61,418 nucleotides of DNA from Oligoflexia bacterium (GTDB taxonomy: Bacteria; Bdellovibrionota; UBA1018; CAIPTA01; JAALKR01), in NCBI GenBank assembly GCA_011087955.1, contig JAALKR010000010.1, positions 1 to 61,418 of the forward strand. The letters run 5' to 3'. This document shows, in pieces, positions 58,397 through 61,418 of the stretch. The notes under the pieces were generated by a model. It saw only the letters and a list, made by a program, of their open reading frames with translations. It was not told the DNA's origin and ran no database searches. The position numbers and the translations under genes were made by a program. Position 1 is the stretch's first letter. Each line of letters opens with the position of its first letter.

Positions 58397-60089
58397 CCGC
58401 GATCGAAATATTTTTTCCCTCGAACAAGAAGAATTCGATCTGATTGTTATTGGCGGTGGGATTACGGGCGTAGGTATTGCTAGGGACGCAGCGCTAAGGG
58501 GGTTGCGCTGTGCTATAGTGGAAGCAAGGGACTGGGGTGGTGGCACGTCCTCACGTTCTTCTAAATTACTTCATGGTGGCATTCGCTATCTCGAACAGTT
58601 GCACTTTGGACTGGTTGTAGGAGCTTCTCGTGAATGCCGTCTTCATTCCAAATATTTAAGCCCGCATTTAGCCTATTCTACCCCATTTGTAGTTCCGGCC
58701 TATAGTTTTTCATCTCATTCCTTGCCAGCAATTTGGGCGGGTGTTGGCCTCTATAATGCACTTTCATTGTTTCGCAATCAGGGAACAGAGTATTACGGAA
58801 AAGAATCCTTAATAAAAGCTATTCCTAATCTTTTGAAAGATGGGCTCAAGGGTGGAGCTCAATACCATGATGTGGTCATGGATGATGCTCGGCTGGTATT
58901 AGAAAATATTCGTTCGGCGGTATCGGTTGGCGCAGTTGCTGCAAACTACATGACTGTTCGTGGTTTTGAGAAAGACGCAAACGGCAAGATTACGGGCGTA
59001 TGGGTTAGAGATGTGTCTCCATTAGCAGAACAATTAGCAGACAAGAACATGGGAAGCGGTGCAGATCTGTTGGTGCGCGCTAAAGCTGTAGTGAATGCTA
59101 CAGGGCCATGGAGTGATTATATTCGTCGCTTGGATAATCCAAAGGTAGAAAAGATCTTACGGCCAACGAAAGGCGTGCACCTTGTCCTGCCAAAGGAGGC
59201 ACTGGGCACGGATAAAGGATTTGTTCTCACCGCAAAACAAGACAATCGTGTGTTCTTTACGATTCCCTGGTTTGATCGTGTTTTAATCGGTACGACAGAT
59301 ACGGATTACAATCCAAATTCTGATGGGGATTTGCACGGTCTGCGAGTGAACGGGGACGAAGTGGACTATCTTTTGGAAGGCGTGAAACGGGCCTTTCCAA
59401 ATTCCAATATTGGTGACCAAGACATTCATTCCACTTTCGCCGGGGTTCGGCCTTTGGTTTGTGAAGGCAAGAGTAAATTAGCTTCCGCAGTTTCTCGTGA
59501 GCATAGAATTCTTTTTGAAGATACCGGTCTTTTCACAATCGCGGGTGGAAAATATACGACGTATCGCTCGATGGCCGAAGAAATGGTCGATGCGGTTGTG
59601 GATTATTTAGGTAAGCATTACGCCAAGGACTTTCGGGACCGAAACATACAGCGCTGTCAATCGGACCTAGTGCCATTAGTCCCGAGTAGTCCGGAAGATA
59701 ACGGCCGCTATGCAGTGGGTGTTTTGGAGGAATATGGTGCTCTTCTTGGTGAATCGACGGTAGCACATTTGCAAACTCGCTATGGTGCTCGTTGGCGGGA
59801 AGTGGCTCGCATTGGAGTGTCACAACGGGAACTAGCGGAGAGAATTATTCCGTCAGAGTCCGATATCTTGGCGGAAGCTGCTTATGTACGAAAGCAGGAG
59901 ATGGTGATCGCCGCGGAAGATTTCTTCCGGAGGCGTACGATGTTGGCTTTAAAGGCGCCGTTGACAAAGCATCTGGATCGGATTGAAGTGGTCAATCGAA
60001 TATTATTTGGTCGTGATCAAGGTATCAAGCCTGCGGAAGAAGACGTTCTGAGCTGGCAATCGCTAGATTTTAGGAATCGACGAGGCTAG
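58368..60089 (+). CDS. glpD: FAD-dependent glycerol-3-phosphate dehydrogenase
   Basis: GGGITG, GTSSRSSKLLHGGIRYL, DDARL, NATGPW, GTTD, GVRPL, GGKYTTYR. Confidence 0.96.
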   Translation: MYEKDRFSFSRDRNIFSLEQEEFDLIVIGGGITGVGIARDAALRGLRCAIVEARDWGGGTSSRSSKLLHGGIRYLEQLHFGLVVGASRECRLHSKYLSPHLAYSTPFVVPAYSFSSHSLPAIWAGVGLYNALSLFRNQGTEYYGKESLIKAIPNLLKDGLKGGAQYHDVVMDDARLVLENIRSAVSVGAVAANYMTVRGFEKDANGKITGVWVRDVSPLAEQLADKNMGSGADLLVRAKAVVNATGPWSDYIRRLDNPKVEKILRPTKGVHLVLPKEALGTDKGFVLTAKQDNRVFFTIPWFDRVLIGTTDTDYNPNSDGDLHGLRVNGDEVDYLLEGVKRAFPNSNIGDQDIHSTFAGVRPLVCEGKSKLASAVSREHRILFEDTGLFTIAGGKYTTYRSMAEEMVDAVVDYLGKHYAKDFRDRNIQRCQSDLVPLVPSSPEDNGRYAVGVLEEYGALLGESTVAHLQTRYGARWREVARIGVSQRELAERIIPSESDILAEAAYVRKQEMVIAAEDFFRRRTMLALKAPLTKHLDRIEVVNRILFGRDQGIKPAEEDVLSWQSLDFRNRRG

Positions 60090-60135
60090 GGCCAGTTGAC
60101 GGGTTTGGTATTACCCAGCGTCAAGTTAATTTTTA

Positions 60136-60144
60136 TGGTATACT
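60136..60144 (+). promoter_or_regulatory. Extended -10 promoter element for ssrA
   Basis: TGGTATACT (TGn-TATACT) ~46 nt upstream of the mature tmRNA 5' end. Confidence 0.5.
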
Positions 60145-60190
60145 GATCTTTACGGCAGCAAGGTTTTTGCAATTCGATTTTTGAAAATTT

Positions 60191-60545
60191 GGGGACGTAC
60201 TGGTTTCGACGGTTAACTTGACGCCTGGACGTGCGAGTCGAGGTGCACCAGGCCTCGTAAAAAAGGTGCAATCTATACTTGGCGAACACCAAGCATTAGC
60301 TGCTTAACATAGTTTAAGCAGCCGATTACCGCGGGGGCTTCCCATGTCGTTTCGGATAATCGTCGTTAATATGGGATAGGATTAAATTGTTAGTTTACCA
60401 ATTTAGTCCGAAATTTTAGTAAACTGCGGTCCTGGAAATTCTGTTTGTGGAAGTTCCGAGGCTAAGCTTAAAACACAAACTACACTCGTAGATCGCTAGT
60501 GCTGACGTTATTCGGACGCGGGTTCGATTCCCGCCGTCTCCACCA
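60191..60545 (+). ncRNA. ssrA: tmRNA
   Basis: 5' GGGGACG...GGTTTCGAC; 3' T-arm GGTTCGATTCC and CGTCTCC-ACCA; acceptor stem with G3-U; tag ORF 60281-60307 encodes GEHQALAA*. Confidence 0.97.
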
Positions 60546-60806
60546 ATTTTTGTCAACAGTGATTTTAGGTTCTTCTCACTTCATGGTGGGTCAGAACATA
60601 AAATATTTTAAGTACAGGCATAGTGGTTTCTCCTAGGTTGTTTTTGTTTCATGACTGAATTCTACCTAAGATGATTCGACTATGCTTTTTTTACGCCTCG
60701 CCTCCCACCCTTAACCGTGAAGAGCCGTTTTTTCTTACTCAAAACACACAAAATTTTAAATCCTCTTAAAAAAATCCAAAAGGTAATCAAAGCTGGGCTT
60801 ATTACG

Positions 60807-61409
60807 ATGAATAAATTTGTAACAATTTTTTTTATCCACGCCGTACTTTGTTTAAGCACTAACTGTTTAAGCCAAGCAAAAACTTCAAATGAGAGCCTCT
60901 CTCCAGAGTTTACCGGGCAAAAATATTTTGAATCAAGTGGGCTCTACTACTTCAACAATCGCTACTACGATCCTGCACTCGGAAGGTTTCTCACTCCTGA
61001 TCCTCTACAACAATACGCTTCACCCTACAGTTATGCAGATGGAGATCCGCTTGGCAGAGTTGATCCCTCGGGGCTTATCTTTGAGAGACTTGCAGAACTC
61101 GCTAGCTCTGCCTTTAGAGCTTTGACGTCTTGTTGTCGAGGGGGAGTCACTGAAGAGCTAGGAGAATCTCTCGAACTAAGAAGCATTCGATCTCACAACG
61201 ATACGAGCGCAGCCGCCCAAGGTGCCGTTGGAGGACGAATCAGTGTTAGTCCAGAAACTATCCAAGATATCTCACGAGCTATCTCCGAGAGTTCTTCCCT
61301 CTACTCAATTCCAATTGGTGTCGAGGAAGAAAGTATACAAGCAGCTTTTGACCTCTACTATAGTGGAATTCCCCAAAAAATGTGGAGAGTTTTTATCGAG
61401 CGACATTAA
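60807..61409 (+). CDS. Signal peptide + RHS-associated core + variable C-terminal domain
   Basis: MNKFVTIFF...LSQA signal; FTGQ...SGLYYFNNRYYDPALGRFLTPDP...PYSYADGDPLGRVDPSG; an upstream GTG at 60717 is also in frame. Confidence 0.88.
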   Translation: MNKFVTIFFIHAVLCLSTNCLSQAKTSNESLSPEFTGQKYFESSGLYYFNNRYYDPALGRFLTPDPLQQYASPYSYADGDPLGRVDPSGLIFERLAELASSAFRALTSCCRGGVTEELGESLELRSIRSHNDTSAAAQGAVGGRISVSPETIQDISRAISESSSLYSIPIGVEEESIQAAFDLYYSGIPQKMWRVFIERH

Positions 61410-61418
61410 TTGATTTTT

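Noticed and set aside
60673-60710. Possible degenerate copy of the tmRNA 3' end (att relic)
   Set aside because: Similarity is limited to short TTCGA and CCACC words; no real direct repeat and no integrase in the window

Overview
Bacterial chromosomal segment, most consistent with a Bdellovibrionota/Oligoflexia-like organism. This is an inference from the gene order of the Tad/YD-repeat locus, the ACIII-caa3 cluster and the short tmRNA tag. Left to right: (1) a sigma54-preceded 971-aa orphan lipoprotein; (2) a ~19 kb minus-strand respiratory supercluster with system II cytochrome c biogenesis, alternative complex III actABCDEF, SCO, an A2-type caa3 oxidase with an extra cytochrome c fused to subunit IV, ctaA, ctaB and a Cys-less Cox11-like gene; (3) gap-pgk-tpiA-secG, yhaM, a divergent comM, a histone H1-like basic protein and sppA; (4) a Tad/Flp pilus locus with a CpaE-CpaF fusion, followed by a core-less YD-repeat protein and two small secreted proteins, each with its own sigma54 promoter, an arrangement like the Bdellovibrio hit locus; (5) tandem CNNM/CorC genes, lon, a sigma54 activator without a regulatory domain and a compact chemosensory cluster; (6) ferredoxin-NADP reductase, tmk, holB, glpD and tmRNA, then a signal-peptide + RHS-core 'mini-RHS' gene. 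The most interesting signals are the layered sigma28/sigma54 promoter architecture around the pilus locus, the small secreted proteins, and the possible split between an RHS shell and a stand-alone RHS core-toxin gene. All calls come from motif reading; no searches were run.
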